Origin: Pseudomonadota bacterium
GTDB taxonomy: Bacteria > Myxococcota_A > Polyangia > JAAYKL01
NCBI GenBank assembly: GCA_023229365.1
Contig: JALNZK010000003.1
Span: forward strand, 10,339 to 74,338
Length of the DNA: 64,000 nucleotides
Direction of reading: 5' to 3'
The notes under the pieces are model-generated. The model did no database searches, was not told the DNA's origin, and was given only the letters and a program-made list of their open reading frames with translations. Made by a program: the position numbers and the translations under genes. Positions 50,706 to 60,224 of the stretch are shown here, piece by piece (the stretch's first letter is position 1; each line of letters begins with the position of its first letter).

Positions 50706-51392
50706 TTACTTGCCCTCTCGAATCCTGTCCAAGGCGGCTTGCGCCGTTCGGTCAATCACTTCTTGCATGTTCTCTCCTCGTTTGCATCTATAATGGAACG
50801 CAATTAGACGCTTTTCGGCTACCAAATAGGCAGCTTCCAACCTCTCTACATATCCGGCTTCTTTGGCCGCCTCTAGCTGAAGCTCTTTAGCGGCACGTGC
50901 TCTGAAATCTCGGACAAAACGGTCATTAATCTGCGTGCCGTTCCCCGGTTGTGCTTTTACGCTCCACGGAGTGTATGCCAATTTACATTTTTCAATTTTA
51001 TCGAAATACCAGTTACCTCTCGCTCGCTCCTCTATGGCGACCTGTTCCAGCTCGGCTATGCGGGCCTTCATTTTCCTGACGGCCTCTATAGCCTGCGTTT
51101 GGCTCCAATCGCATCCGATCACGTCGGTGATGGCGCGCGAGCTTGCTTCCAGTCCTAGTTTATCGCATTCTAGTGTCCTTATGAGCACATCCCTGGCGGC
51201 AAGTTGCTCTTTCATTTGTCGTATATCGTTGAATGCGGCATTTGCCGTATCAGCATGGCTAGCAGCAAGGCTCTTTAGTTGCGATTCTCTTTCTCGGAGC
51301 CGCTTGATCTCGGACACTAAATCAGGTCTTTCCTTGATCGAAAAGACGCCGATGCACATCGCTTCGACCTCCTGCAAAATATCCTCGCTCAT
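50706..51392 (-). CDS. coiled-coil protein (228 aa)
   Basis: ATG 51392 overlaps the upstream stop (ATGA). The ORF track start is 51476. Confidence 0.5.
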   Translation of the reverse strand: MSEDILQEVEAMCIGVFSIKERPDLVSEIKRLRERESQLKSLAASHADTANAAFNDIRQMKEQLAARDVLIRTLECDKLGLEASSRAITDVIGCDWSQTQAIEAVRKMKARIAELEQVAIEERARGNWYFDKIEKCKLAYTPWSVKAQPGNGTQINDRFVRDFRARAAKELQLEAAKEAGYVERLEAAYLVAEKRLIAFHYRCKRGENMQEVIDRTAQAALDRIREGK

Positions 51393-52036
51393 ATCAAACC
51401 TACCTTTATTAGCGGAGTTCCTTTGTCCGCATGAAACGGCTCGTCGAAGTCTACAGTAAACCTTCCTTTGGCCCATCTATTCTCCGGAGTTATTCCAGGG
51501 TTGGAATCATACGCTAATCTATTTCTTATTACTTGATGCATGTCCCACAATGTTCTTGCTGTATCCGGAACTTCCAAAGAAAATATTCCATAACTGGCAT
51601 TTGAAGACATTCCCCACCAAGATTTTAGTCTATTTAGATTGCCTCTAAATTCCCAAAGTTTCTTAAAGTCTGGATCGAGGCCAGATGGCTCTATTATGTC
51701 GGCTATCCTATCAAACTGGCAGATCTGGATTCGAGAAATAAGATCGCAGGACCAAGATAGGGTTCTTAGTTGGGACTCATTGCAGGTTATGGTGTTATTT
51801 ACGATAGTAAACACCTCTCTGTTGCCTTCTATTGGCAGCGTAGAAAAATATTTTAACTTCAACCTTGAAATATCAGATTTAAGTCCCTCCAGTTTAGACC
51901 CATCTAAGTCGTTAAAAGGTTGAATTATCTCTGCAATTAATTCAATTTTCCCGTTTCCAATACGGTAAACAAAGTCATACGCCTCCAACAGGAGATTTAG
52001 CTGGTTTGACGTTCCCTCAATAACGTATTCGTCCAT
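51389..52036 (-). CDS. hypothetical protein (215 aa) with internal duplication
   Basis: QLNLLLEAYDFVYRI..IELIAEIIQP versus QLRTLSWSCDLISRI..FDRIADIIEP. Promoter box 19 nt upstream. Confidence 0.55.
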   Translation of the reverse strand: MDEYVIEGTSNQLNLLLEAYDFVYRIGNGKIELIAEIIQPFNDLDGSKLEGLKSDISRLKLKYFSTLPIEGNREVFTIVNNTITCNESQLRTLSWSCDLISRIQICQFDRIADIIEPSGLDPDFKKLWEFRGNLNRLKSWWGMSSNASYGIFSLEVPDTARTLWDMHQVIRNRLAYDSNPGITPENRWAKGRFTVDFDEPFHADKGTPLIKVGLI

Positions 52037-52055
52037 ACTACCTTATCAGCACTAA

Positions 52056-52066
52056 TACTATTTAAT
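52056..52066 (-). promoter_or_regulatory. ATTAAATAGTA promoter box
   Basis: Contains the upstream TAG stop; only 19 nt before ATG 52036. Confidence 0.5.
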
Positions 52067-52627
52067 CTCATCGCTGGTCGAAATTATGGTAAAAGGCTTC
52101 CTTACGTGACAATTAAATTGAGCGGAGGCACGTAGGGCTTTTATTAATTTGCCTTGTGGACTTATTTCTAGGTCAGGTGAATCCTCTAGTCCATATAAAC
52201 ATCCAAGGGCCACAGCCATCCCACACCCCACGGCATTATAGTTTAGGGCGCTCTCCGAAACATGAAAATAGGATTCCAAGACAAACAACCTTCCTTGATA
52301 GCCAATTAAAACCCACGCATCACTAGATGTAATTTCATCCTGTTTTATGAGTACTCCATTTTCCTCGAGGCATTCTTTTAGATCGGGTATAAAACATTGA
52401 TGCATATATTCAAGCGCGTCTTGGCCATCATAAGTCGGTAATGGAATATTGAAATTATACCTCAATACATCACTCATCCGCGGGTTTCCACTGACCCCAA
52501 AAATAAATTCTCCTAGTTTAAAAACCTTGGAGCCTTTAATAGTTTGAATCGATGAATCATCTGTCGCTGCGGAGTCTCCGCCGATATAAACTACGCCGTT
52601 TTCTATGAGACCTACAATACAAGTCAT
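52058..52627 (-). CDS. Ntn-hydrolase, HslV/proteasome-beta-like peptidase
   Basis: MTCIVGLIENGVVYIGGDSAAT (Thr2 nucleophile context); GVSGNPR. Confidence 0.6.
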   Translation of the reverse strand: MTCIVGLIENGVVYIGGDSAATDDSSIQTIKGSKVFKLGEFIFGVSGNPRMSDVLRYNFNIPLPTYDGQDALEYMHQCFIPDLKECLEENGVLIKQDEITSSDAWVLIGYQGRLFVLESYFHVSESALNYNAVGCGMAVALGCLYGLEDSPDLEISPQGKLIKALRASAQFNCHVRKPFTIISTSDEIK

Positions 52628-52791
52628 TTTAAAAACCCTCTTCTAAAAGAAGTTTTTCAATTTCTTCGGTAGCTTGCTCCTTATATTCCTGAAACGTTTT
52701 ACTCGGAAAACCGGAGTCTTTAATTTTTTCAATTAATATGATAACTTTACATCGTTCATCTATCGCGATCTCTAATAATTTCTTCTCTTTA

Positions 52792-52986
52792 CTACTCACA
52801 CTTATCACTCTCCTGATCCATTTTATCTACACATTCACTGGAACAAAAATATCCTTGATAGTTAATCTCGACAAAGTGTGTCGGAAATCCACAAATAGAA
52901 CATGGTTCAACTACATTACTATAAATTAAACCCTCGCGAACTTCCTCTAGGTGTTTTGCGACAGAGAACAAGGTCTCAAAAATCAA
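52792..52986 (-). CDS. small zinc-binding protein (64 aa)
   Basis: CSICGFPTH...CSSEC. Confidence 0.45.
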   Translation of the reverse strand: MIFETLFSVAKHLEEVREGLIYSNVVEPCSICGFPTHFVEINYQGYFCSSECVDKMDQESDKCE

Positions 52987-52992
52987 TAATTC

Positions 52993-53253
52993 TCACTCCT
53001 TAAAAATCGCTATTTTACTCGCGATGTTGGTATGCAACAAAAATATTCCTATCATTACTTTTTCTTTGTCGTCGAAGTCGTTCAATTGTATAAAATTTTG
53101 GACATAATTTTTATCTGGTGGGGCAGTTTTTATATGCGCGGCCCACAAAGAATTAAATCTACTGATTGATTCTTGCGAGATTTCCAGGGAGCGAAATACG
53201 TCTTGAAGACTAGAATCAAGAACAAAGGTATAAAAAGTCTGAAGAGTACTCAT
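52993..53253 (-). CDS. hypothetical protein (86 aa)
   Basis: ORF track; dominant strand. Confidence 0.45.
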   Translation of the reverse strand: MSTLQTFYTFVLDSSLQDVFRSLEISQESISRFNSLWAAHIKTAPPDKNYVQNFIQLNDFDDKEKVMIGIFLLHTNIASKIAIFKE

Positions 53254-53426
53254 TCACCCACCTTAAATGGACAATTTTCTTTTTGACATTCGTTGTTCTC
53301 TAGACGATTTTCTTCCCGAATTAGACAACCTATGTATTCCGCGGGATAGTATATAAATGGACACCTGACATTGTTTAGTTTAATTATCACGGTCCAGTTC
53401 TCTTTTGGATATTTAACATCTACCAT
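53250..53426 (-). CDS. small Cys-containing protein (58 aa)
   Basis: Hand translation: MVDVKYPKENWTVIIKLNNVRCPFIYYPAEYIGCLIREEN... ATGA overlap downstream. Confidence 0.4.
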   Translation of the reverse strand: MVDVKYPKENWTVIIKLNNVRCPFIYYPAEYIGCLIREENRLENNECQKENCPFKVGE

Positions 53427-53748
53427 GCGTATCCTCCCTTATTCGGTCTCCGTCACACATAATTTTCTCAGCTAAGATATCTGTCTCGCTTCTGTAATAA
53501 GTAGTACCACTACAAATTGATTTCTCCGATAGATACTTTTGAGACGGTTTCCGCCAGCCTATCGGCAATTCATAGACGGATGCAATATCATGATGCCAAT
53601 TTCTTGCTCCTGCGGGATCTGCATAAGATAATTTTGCTTTTTCTTCCAATGCAGCCAGGATAGCCTTCTTAGATATAGTAAATTCTATTCTAGAATTGGG
53701 ACTCCTAGAATCAGTACTTTGCCGAATAATGGCATATCTTCTTCTCAT
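53413..53748 (-). CDS. hypothetical protein (111 aa)
   Basis: ORF track; dominant strand. Confidence 0.5.
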   Translation of the reverse strand: MRRRYAIIRQSTDSRSPNSRIEFTISKKAILAALEEKAKLSYADPAGARNWHHDIASVYELPIGWRKPSQKYLSEKSICSGTTYYRSETDILAEKIMCDGDRIREDTHGRC

Positions 53749-53954
53749 AGTTTCATCTCCATAAATTCTTTTAATTCCTCGGGACTCAAATAACTTTCCC
53801 AGGGTTTTTCATAAATCAAAGATTTATATCTTATTGGAAATCCACAAAGAGTTCCTTTTACCACGACGCTTAATTCCAAAATTTCATTATTAACTACGTC
53901 CATTTCAAGACCAAAATCATATTCTATCTTACATTTTAAGGTAAATGACTTCAT
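53745..53954 (-). CDS. hypothetical protein (69 aa)
   Basis: ORF track; 4-nt overlaps. Confidence 0.45.
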   Translation of the reverse strand: MKSFTLKCKIEYDFGLEMDVVNNEILELSVVVKGTLCGFPIRYKSLIYEKPWESYLSPEELKEFMEMKL

Positions 53955-54127
53955 ACTCTAAACACCACCGCGCCACTTCTAAAGAATATTCTTCCCGCAT
54001 TAATTTGCTGGGTTGGATATTTCTCTTTTTGATAAATTAACTTCTTTTCCCTTAAAGGAACCCTACATTTAGGACACTCATCTCTGGATGAAGAAAAGAA
54101 ATGGCCACACGAGGAACAATATCCCAT
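53951..54127 (-). CDS. small zinc-ribbon protein (58 aa)
   Basis: Hand translation: MGYCSSCGHFFSSSRDECPKCRVPL... ATGA overlap downstream. Confidence 0.45.
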   Translation of the reverse strand: MGYCSSCGHFFSSSRDECPKCRVPLREKKLIYQKEKYPTQQINAGRIFFRSGAVVFRV

Positions 54128-54129
54128 AA

Positions 54130-54534
54130 TTACTCCTCCAGAAATCTTTTAGGAATCATGCTTGTCTCATTAAATATACCTTTCAATTCAGTTTGAATAT
54201 GAGAAATCCTCTCCGCCAGAAATAATCTCATCTCGTTTTGATAATCCTTCTCTGCCAATAGGTCTCTATACATCGCATCTTTATCTTCTATGGTCAGGTC
54301 CGATCTCATTTCTCCCACGGATAACTCTATAGCGGAAAGGGACTCTTCCATAGATTTTAAAACATCTTTGTACACCTTGTCAGATTCCATATTATGAGCC
54401 GAAATGTAATCCAATCTCTGGATATCTTGGATCATGTGAGCGCAGGCGGTTCTCATTTTCTCCGTAGTAAAGACATCGCATTTCATGTTATATCTCTGAA
54501 CCAGCAGAGAATAAATAGTTGGCGGTGGGAACAT
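54130..54534 (-). CDS. hypothetical protein (start uncertain)
   Basis: ORF track; alternative ATG at 54486. Confidence 0.5.
   Translation of the reverse strand: MFPPPTIYSLLVQRYNMKCDVFTTEKMRTACAHMIQDIQRLDYISAHNMESDKVYKDVLKSMEESLSAIELSVGEMRSDLTIEDKDAMYRDLLAEKDYQNEMRLFLAERISHIQTELKGIFNETSMIPKRFLEE
54508..54520 (+). promoter_or_regulatory. AGAATAAATAGTT (exact 13-mer, copy 3 of 3; here plus-oriented upstream of a plus-strand gene)
   Basis: 47 nt upstream of ATG 54568. A second box, TTTAAATATTATTA, lies at 54534-54547. Confidence 0.4.
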
Positions 54535-54567
54535 TTAAATATTATTAGTACATATTCATTTCTTGTT

Positions 54568-55044
54568 ATGACGCAAATGGAAGCAAATTTAGTCAAGTCT
54601 TTAAATTCTTTTTTTATAGAACAAAAAATTAAAGCCTTTGCCTTCCGCCAGTACCAGGCTAAATTTGGCCTCGGTCAAGTTGCGGACATTCTTTGTGACA
54701 GCTTAGACAAAAGGTTTTACTCTATGATTGAAGCCAAATCAATGGATACGTCAACAGGAGTTAAAACATTTAACTTTAAATCGCGCTTTGATGAAAGTAA
54801 AGAAGGGTTTCAGCTTGTAAGGGAAAACGCTTTTTGCGAATTAACGGGAAGAAAAGGAATTCTTGCTTTAGAATTAAGAAATGGCGTAGGAAAATCGCGG
54901 GATTGTTATTTTATCCCATTATGTGAGGTCTATAACCTCTGGAAATCAGGCGAAAAATCACTAAAAATGAAAGATATAATCAGTTATCCAAAATTAAAAA
55001 GAAAAAAAAGTTTATATGTGGTTGACGAAGAAATATTTATGTAG
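54568..55044 (+). CDS. PD-(D/E)XK nuclease, Hjc-like Holliday-junction resolvase (putative)
   Basis: E...VADILC...MIEAKS gives E/D/ExK spacing like archaeal Hjc. An isolated plus-strand gene with its own promoter boxes. The ORF track start at 54394 overlaps the neighbouring gene. Confidence 0.4.
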   Translation: MTQMEANLVKSLNSFFIEQKIKAFAFRQYQAKFGLGQVADILCDSLDKRFYSMIEAKSMDTSTGVKTFNFKSRFDESKEGFQLVRENAFCELTGRKGILALELRNGVGKSRDCYFIPLCEVYNLWKSGEKSLKMKDIISYPKLKRKKSLYVVDEEIFM

Positions 55045-55348
55045 GAACCGAACTCCCTACATAGGCTCTCTTTGGACTCACATTTCCCATAGGCTTTCCA
55101 TCTCTTTCGTCATTCTCCATAAAGGCTCTCTGAGAGGGAGTCCACTGAGACATTAGGCCGCCGCTCATAAACCAATATCCATCTCCACCACTAAAAATCG
55201 CATCAATTTCTTCCAACGAAAGATTACCAAGTTCTTTCACTACTGGCATTCCACCGTTAGTCTTAATGAAATCCTCGGCGGAAACTATACTCATAGCCAT
55301 AATAGAGGCTATTATAAACATCGTAGTCAAAATCTTCTTCATCATCAT
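55037..55348 (-). CDS. secreted protein (signal peptide)
   Basis: MMMKKILTTMFIIASIMAMSIVSA; promoter box 55385-55395. Confidence 0.55.
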   Translation of the reverse strand: MMMKKILTTMFIIASIMAMSIVSAEDFIKTNGGMPVVKELGNLSLEEIDAIFSGGDGYWFMSGGLMSQWTPSQRAFMENDERDGKPMGNVSPKRAYVGSSVPT

Positions 55349-55746
55349 TTATACACCTTTTTGTTAATTCTAAGTTTGAATTTATTCTATTTATAGGTTG
55401 CGGTTGTTTCTGTTGTAACACTCTTCTCTGGTAGTCCAAGATTTAACTTTCTTCGAAAAACAAATAGAGCAAATCAACTCATCGTGAGGCTTTAAATGCC
55501 AGTTACACTGGAGAAAGGCTCGCATGGAGAATCAAATAATCAAGAACTAAAAAGAGAGATTTTAAAAAAGTGAATTAAATCATGGTGCCGTCCACAGTCA
55601 CACGTCTCTCCCAATTCAAGCCATCTCCTAATTTTCAGTAATTGACCGTATGTATACAACATTTCCTACAGTGCAATACTCAGATACATCATCAGATTTA
55701 TTTTTTTTCCATTCCATTTTTTTATCACCTCCTTCCAACAAAAAAC

Positions 55747-56034
55747 TTAGTTTCTCGTAAAACTATCCGGCAGCGGAGTCCATTCATTGGACCAATTTTG
55801 AAGCTCTGGATCTGAAGGAGTATTATTCTGCCTGACAACCTTCGGGTCCCACACATAATGAGACGGCCCAAGAGGTCCAACATCAAATGCAGATGAGTTA
55901 AAGACGCTTCCATTTATTCCAGAAATGGAAATTGTTGGGGTATCCGCTGGTCCCGTCTGCAATACTACTCCCGCGGGTCCACTTACTGCTCCGGCCATTC
56001 CTATCAGGGCAAAAAGGATTAGAAGGAACTTCAT
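55747..56034 (-). CDS. secreted protein (95 aa)
   Basis: ATG 56034 overlaps the upstream stop (ATGA) and gives MKFLLILFALIGMAGAVSG. The ORF track start is 56139. Confidence 0.5.
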   Translation of the reverse strand: MKFLLILFALIGMAGAVSGPAGVVLQTGPADTPTISISGINGSVFNSSAFDVGPLGPSHYVWDPKVVRQNNTPSDPELQNWSNEWTPLPDSFTRN

Positions 56035-56552
56035 CCCGTAACCACCCCAGGACCAGCTATCTTTCTCCTTATCTCTCCAGTAGCCCACACTCTCAACCCG
56101 TCGCGACCAAAATCCTTGTACCAAGATAGTCGGGTCCATTCCATCCGACCTTTTGCATCAGAAAGAAGAATTGCGTCAGAATCGCCCTCATAGAGTTCTC
56201 CTATGAGATCTTCATCCAGAATGGCTTTAATAACCATATCACCCTTCTTGACCGGAAGATTACCTTCCTCATCGGACTCTATGGTAATAATCTTCTTCCC
56301 GCGCTTTACTTTAACGGCGGCAACCAAATCTACCACATGCCAACCTTGGGGCATCTTGCCTCCGGTGGGGTCTTTCGCTCCTGGTCCAGAATATTCCAAA
56401 CACGAATTCCAATCGTCTCCAGACTCGGTGGTGGGGATATTGTCGGTGTTCCCAATCTCGTTTACGGTTCCGCAAGGACACTTCCAAGTGCCACAAGTGA
56501 CGCAATCGGGTATTTCCGATTCCATCTTACATTTCGTGCATATATATTTCAT
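56031..56552 (-). CDS. protein with N-terminal double zinc ribbon (173 aa)
   Basis: CTKC..CVTCG..CPCG. Confidence 0.5.
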   Translation of the reverse strand: MKYICTKCKMESEIPDCVTCGTWKCPCGTVNEIGNTDNIPTTESGDDWNSCLEYSGPGAKDPTGGKMPQGWHVVDLVAAVKVKRGKKIITIESDEEGNLPVKKGDMVIKAILDEDLIGELYEGDSDAILLSDAKGRMEWTRLSWYKDFGRDGLRVWATGEIRRKIAGPGVVTG

Positions 56553-56724
56553 TTGTTTCGCATCTCCTCAGAGACTAAAACTAGATTATGGTTTAAGATG
56601 TATTTAAGGTTTGGGGAGAATTTCTACCAATACTGGTTCTTGTTTACCGGGAGGTTGTCTCGTCCACAAGACTTTATATTCCTTCCCGTCTTCACTTTCG
56701 ATAACTTGTTCTTTCATGAGGACC

Positions 56725-57333
56725 TCAAATTACTATGATCAGCGGTAAAATATCTACAATCTTTTTATTGTAGGGATCGTAATACACCCTTGTCTTTTCG
56801 TCCAGCCAAAACACATTGTATGCCGCTCCGGGTTCGCCTTCTTTATATCCTCCCGCTACTCCTATGGGACACCCCGCAAACTTTTCCTTTACCTTATCTC
56901 TAATTTCATAGGGATCGACCGTTTCCAGTCCCTCCAAGAACATAAGTAGAGCTTCGCGAGAGCAGAGTTGATACTCGGCGGGGAATATCCCTATGTAGCA
57001 ATTTTTGGGGAACATTAACCCAGAGGAACCAAATGTTCTTTCCTTCTTCTTAGGTTCCTGAAAACTGAATCCAGAGTCCACAAATAGCGTATCTGAGTAC
57101 GGAGGTCTTCCAGTCTCTATCACACTATTTATAATATCTTGAACGAGAAGAGTGGCAGGAGATACTTCCTCTGTTCTGTGTGAAACATCTATAGGATACT
57201 CCACATCTAATTTAATCGGATCTACCTGCGGGTCAGGAACTATACCCAGTATCCTCTCGGAGAAACTTTTCTTCTTGGACGACATAATCTCGAATAAACG
57301 CAGTGATAGTATTTTAAGGTTTCGGTACGGCAA
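56725..57333 (-). CDS. hypothetical protein (start uncertain; alternative ATG 57285)
   Basis: ORF track; last minus-strand gene before the strand switch. Confidence 0.5.
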   Translation of the reverse strand: MPYRNLKILSLRLFEIMSSKKKSFSERILGIVPDPQVDPIKLDVEYPIDVSHRTEEVSPATLLVQDIINSVIETGRPPYSDTLFVDSGFSFQEPKKKERTFGSSGLMFPKNCYIGIFPAEYQLCSREALLMFLEGLETVDPYEIRDKVKEKFAGCPIGVAGGYKEGEPGAAYNVFWLDEKTRVYYDPYNKKIVDILPLIIVI

Positions 57334-57347
57334 GATTCCTAGCGAAA

Positions 57348-57359
57348 CCTATTTAAACC
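57348..57359 (-). promoter_or_regulatory. GGTTTAAATAGG box in the divergent intergenic region
   Basis: Quasi-palindromic TATA-like element between divergent genes. Confidence 0.35.
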
Positions 57360-57386
57360 ATTGGGACAAAACTCAAGGTTCACCTC

Positions 57387-57396
57387 TTTATAGGTA
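57387..57396 (+). promoter_or_regulatory. TTTATAGGTA box upstream of the primase gene
   Basis: 13 nt before ATG 57410. Confidence 0.35.
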
Positions 57397-57409
57397 GGTT
57401 AGGTTTACA

Positions 57410-59818
57410 ATGGTCTCTCTTATTCAACAATATATAGACAAAGGTTGGGGCATTATCCCCATTCGGCCCAAAGGACATATAAATGAAAAAACAGGGGAGT
57501 CGGATGAAAAAGCACCCTTTGTCACCTGGGGAGGCTATAAAAGTAGTAATGGGCATAAACCTGATGAAGACCAAATTCTTCAGTGGTTATCTCAATTTGA
57601 TCGCGCAGACTGGGCCGTGCTAACAGGTTATGATAATCTTGTTTTAGTAGACATAGACGACCCCAATCTTTATGATCTCTATCTTTCTGATTTTAAAAAG
57701 TGTTTAATGAGAACCCCATCTGGCGGGATGTCTTTTCTTATTAGGAGTACGGTAGTTCCTAAATTTCATGCCCGTATAAATGGAGTCGCCGTAGATATTA
57801 AAGGTATAGATGGGTATGCCATTCTTCCGTCTCGCGACTTGAGTCAAGAAGAAATAGATCTGGAAGAGAAAGAAGAAAAAGAAGGGACCAAAAGAGATTT
57901 TATACGTCATTGGATTAACTCTGAAGAGCCAGAAGAAATAGAAGACATCTATAGACACCTTGAATCGGTGTTACCTCTCATTAAGCCGGATGTTAAACCG
58001 GGAAAAGGAATTCCTACTGCTCTGGCATGGGCAAGAGAACATAATTTACAAATTGCTTATGATGGTGGAAGATATATCCAAGTTTTGTGCCCCCACCATG
58101 AGGATACAAAACCATCAATGAGTATATATGCAGATGGATATTTTTGTCACAGCTGCCGGGCAACGGGTGGGTTGTTTTCTCTCATTAAATCTTTCAGTAA
58201 TAAAACCGACGATGAGATCTATGCCGATTTTCCAGGGATTAAAAAGCAAAAGAAGACAATAACAGATAATGTAATAGAAATCGTGGGGAACAACGTATCA
58301 TTAGTAAAGGATCAAAACAATAACAGCTACTTCAAACTTCACGACTATTCTGAAATAGGAATAAATCTATTACCAATTACTTCTAAGATCACAAAATATT
58401 GGATTGCAACCACCGCAGAAAAAGTTATAGATAAGCTCCCATCTGAAAGCGTTTTATCCTATGTAATAAAATATTATGATGGAAAATGTATGGCTACCGG
58501 AGAAAAAGCAAAAATATTCCGCCGAGTGGGAGGGGATCTAGCTGGAAAGGTGGTCTGGTATGATCTCGGAAATAACAATTTTGTAAAAATAACACCTGAT
58601 GGGATTGGGGTATATCCTTACTCAGATGTTACTTTTATTAGAGAAACCAATCAAGGGACTCAGAATGTTCCAACAAAGAAAAATATTAAAAGTATCTTTA
58701 AGTTATTTAATATCATAAACGTAAAAGACGAGGCACAAAAAGTTTTACTTCTAACGTGGATAGTCAACTCGTTACTTCCCTGGGCTCAGAGTCCCATTCT
58801 TCTGTTGTGTGGTACTCGAGGTTCGGGAAAATCTTTTATGGGACGTATAATTAAAAGAACTCTAGATCCCGTGGAAGGAAACGCATCTGAGCTATTGGTA
58901 AACAAACCGCAGGATTTAAATTATTTAATAGGATTACTTTCGCATAACGCCGTTGCTGTTTTAGATAACATCAGCAGAATTGATAGAGCTACGGGTGACG
59001 TACTATGTAACGTGGTTACTGGTGGTGTAATTTCTACTAGGGAATTGTATACCACCAATGATCAAATATTAATTGATATCCGTTCAAAATTAATTATTAC
59101 AGCCATCAATTCTCAAATATTTGATACCGGAGCAGGAGATCTCGCGGAAAGGACCGTAAGCATAGAAATTTCCAGACCTGAATCAAATTATTTATCCGAA
59201 GAATGGCTAAATGAGGAATTTGAAACCTATAGGAGCGAAATATTTGGTGCGATCCTTGAACTCATACGCGGATACCTACAGAAAGGAATTCCCAGAAAGG
59301 GCGAGGTATCCGAATTTAGACTGACTACGTTTGCTTCCGTAGGGCGCTATATTTCAGACGTACTAGGATTAAAACCTAGCTTTGATGTCGCTTACAGACT
59401 GAGCCAGGCTGGAATGTGCCAGACCTCATTGGAAGCAGAACCCGTTACTGAATTCTTTGTTGATTTCGTAAGAAAATATGGAGGCGTAGACTTCAACAAC
59501 AATTCAGGATGGGGTATTTCTTCGGATGTATTATTCGGTAAATATTTCAACCAATGGATGATAGAAAACAATAGCGGTGGCATGGACAAAAAGTTACCTG
59601 CAACATCAAGCTCTCTATTAAATAGATTAAAGAGAATAGAACCTGATCTAAAGAGAATCTACTCAATTGTTATTGAGCCCCAAGGAGTCCATAGAGGAAA
59701 GAAGTGGTACAGGTTGTATTGTAAGGACCTTGAAATGCTTAACGAGGGAGCAGAGGAAGAGATCTTGGAGAAACAAACATCTATCGAGAAAGATAGTAAC
59801 GAGGAAGCGGGATGGTAA
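57410..59818 (+). CDS. Prim-Pol / CHC2 zinc-finger / SF3 (D5-like) primase-helicase
   Basis: GWGIIPIRPK ... VLVDIDD (Prim-Pol); CPHHEDTKPSMSIY..GYFCHSC (CHC2); Walker A CGTRGSGKS. Confidence 0.8.
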   Translation: MVSLIQQYIDKGWGIIPIRPKGHINEKTGESDEKAPFVTWGGYKSSNGHKPDEDQILQWLSQFDRADWAVLTGYDNLVLVDIDDPNLYDLYLSDFKKCLMRTPSGGMSFLIRSTVVPKFHARINGVAVDIKGIDGYAILPSRDLSQEEIDLEEKEEKEGTKRDFIRHWINSEEPEEIEDIYRHLESVLPLIKPDVKPGKGIPTALAWAREHNLQIAYDGGRYIQVLCPHHEDTKPSMSIYADGYFCHSCRATGGLFSLIKSFSNKTDDEIYADFPGIKKQKKTITDNVIEIVGNNVSLVKDQNNNSYFKLHDYSEIGINLLPITSKITKYWIATTAEKVIDKLPSESVLSYVIKYYDGKCMATGEKAKIFRRVGGDLAGKVVWYDLGNNNFVKITPDGIGVYPYSDVTFIRETNQGTQNVPTKKNIKSIFKLFNIINVKDEAQKVLLLTWIVNSLLPWAQSPILLLCGTRGSGKSFMGRIIKRTLDPVEGNASELLVNKPQDLNYLIGLLSHNAVAVLDNISRIDRATGDVLCNVVTGGVISTRELYTTNDQILIDIRSKLIITAINSQIFDTGAGDLAERTVSIEISRPESNYLSEEWLNEEFETYRSEIFGAILELIRGYLQKGIPRKGEVSEFRLTTFASVGRYISDVLGLKPSFDVAYRLSQAGMCQTSLEAEPVTEFFVDFVRKYGGVDFNNNSGWGISSDVLFGKYFNQWMIENNSGGMDKKLPATSSSLLNRLKRIEPDLKRIYSIVIEPQGVHRGKKWYRLYCKDLEMLNEGAEEEILEKQTSIEKDSNEEAGW

Positions 59819-60060
59819 ATAAATGTATTTGGTGCGGCTCGGAGGATACGTACTTCGAGCAAGATACGCATAATAAAACAACTAAGGATGGAACGGATTA
59901 CGGAGTCTTTATTTGTAACAACTGCCATCAAATTCAATTTTGGTTTTTTAAGATTAAAGGAGGAGTTAATGTTGCAAACGGAAAACTTACCATAAAACAT
60001 AAGGAACCAAAAATTGTTTTTATAAATCAATGGGATGGTCCAGTAACTCAATTTCTTTAG
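59812..60060 (+). CDS. small zinc-ribbon protein (82 aa)
   Basis: CIWCGS ... CNNCH. Confidence 0.5.
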   Translation: MVNKCIWCGSEDTYFEQDTHNKTTKDGTDYGVFICNNCHQIQFWFFKIKGGVNVANGKLTIKHKEPKIVFINQWDGPVTQFL

Positions 60061-60224
60061 AATCACATAGAGCAATCCTCAAAATTAACTGGAAGACCCA
60101 TAGATACTTACTATACACATATTATTATTAAAAACGCGAAAGAAATGTTTGCGAGAAGATTAGATTTTACTGAAGTAATCGACGCTTTTAATAAAAAGGT
60201 TTTGAAGGAAATCGCGGAGGAGAG

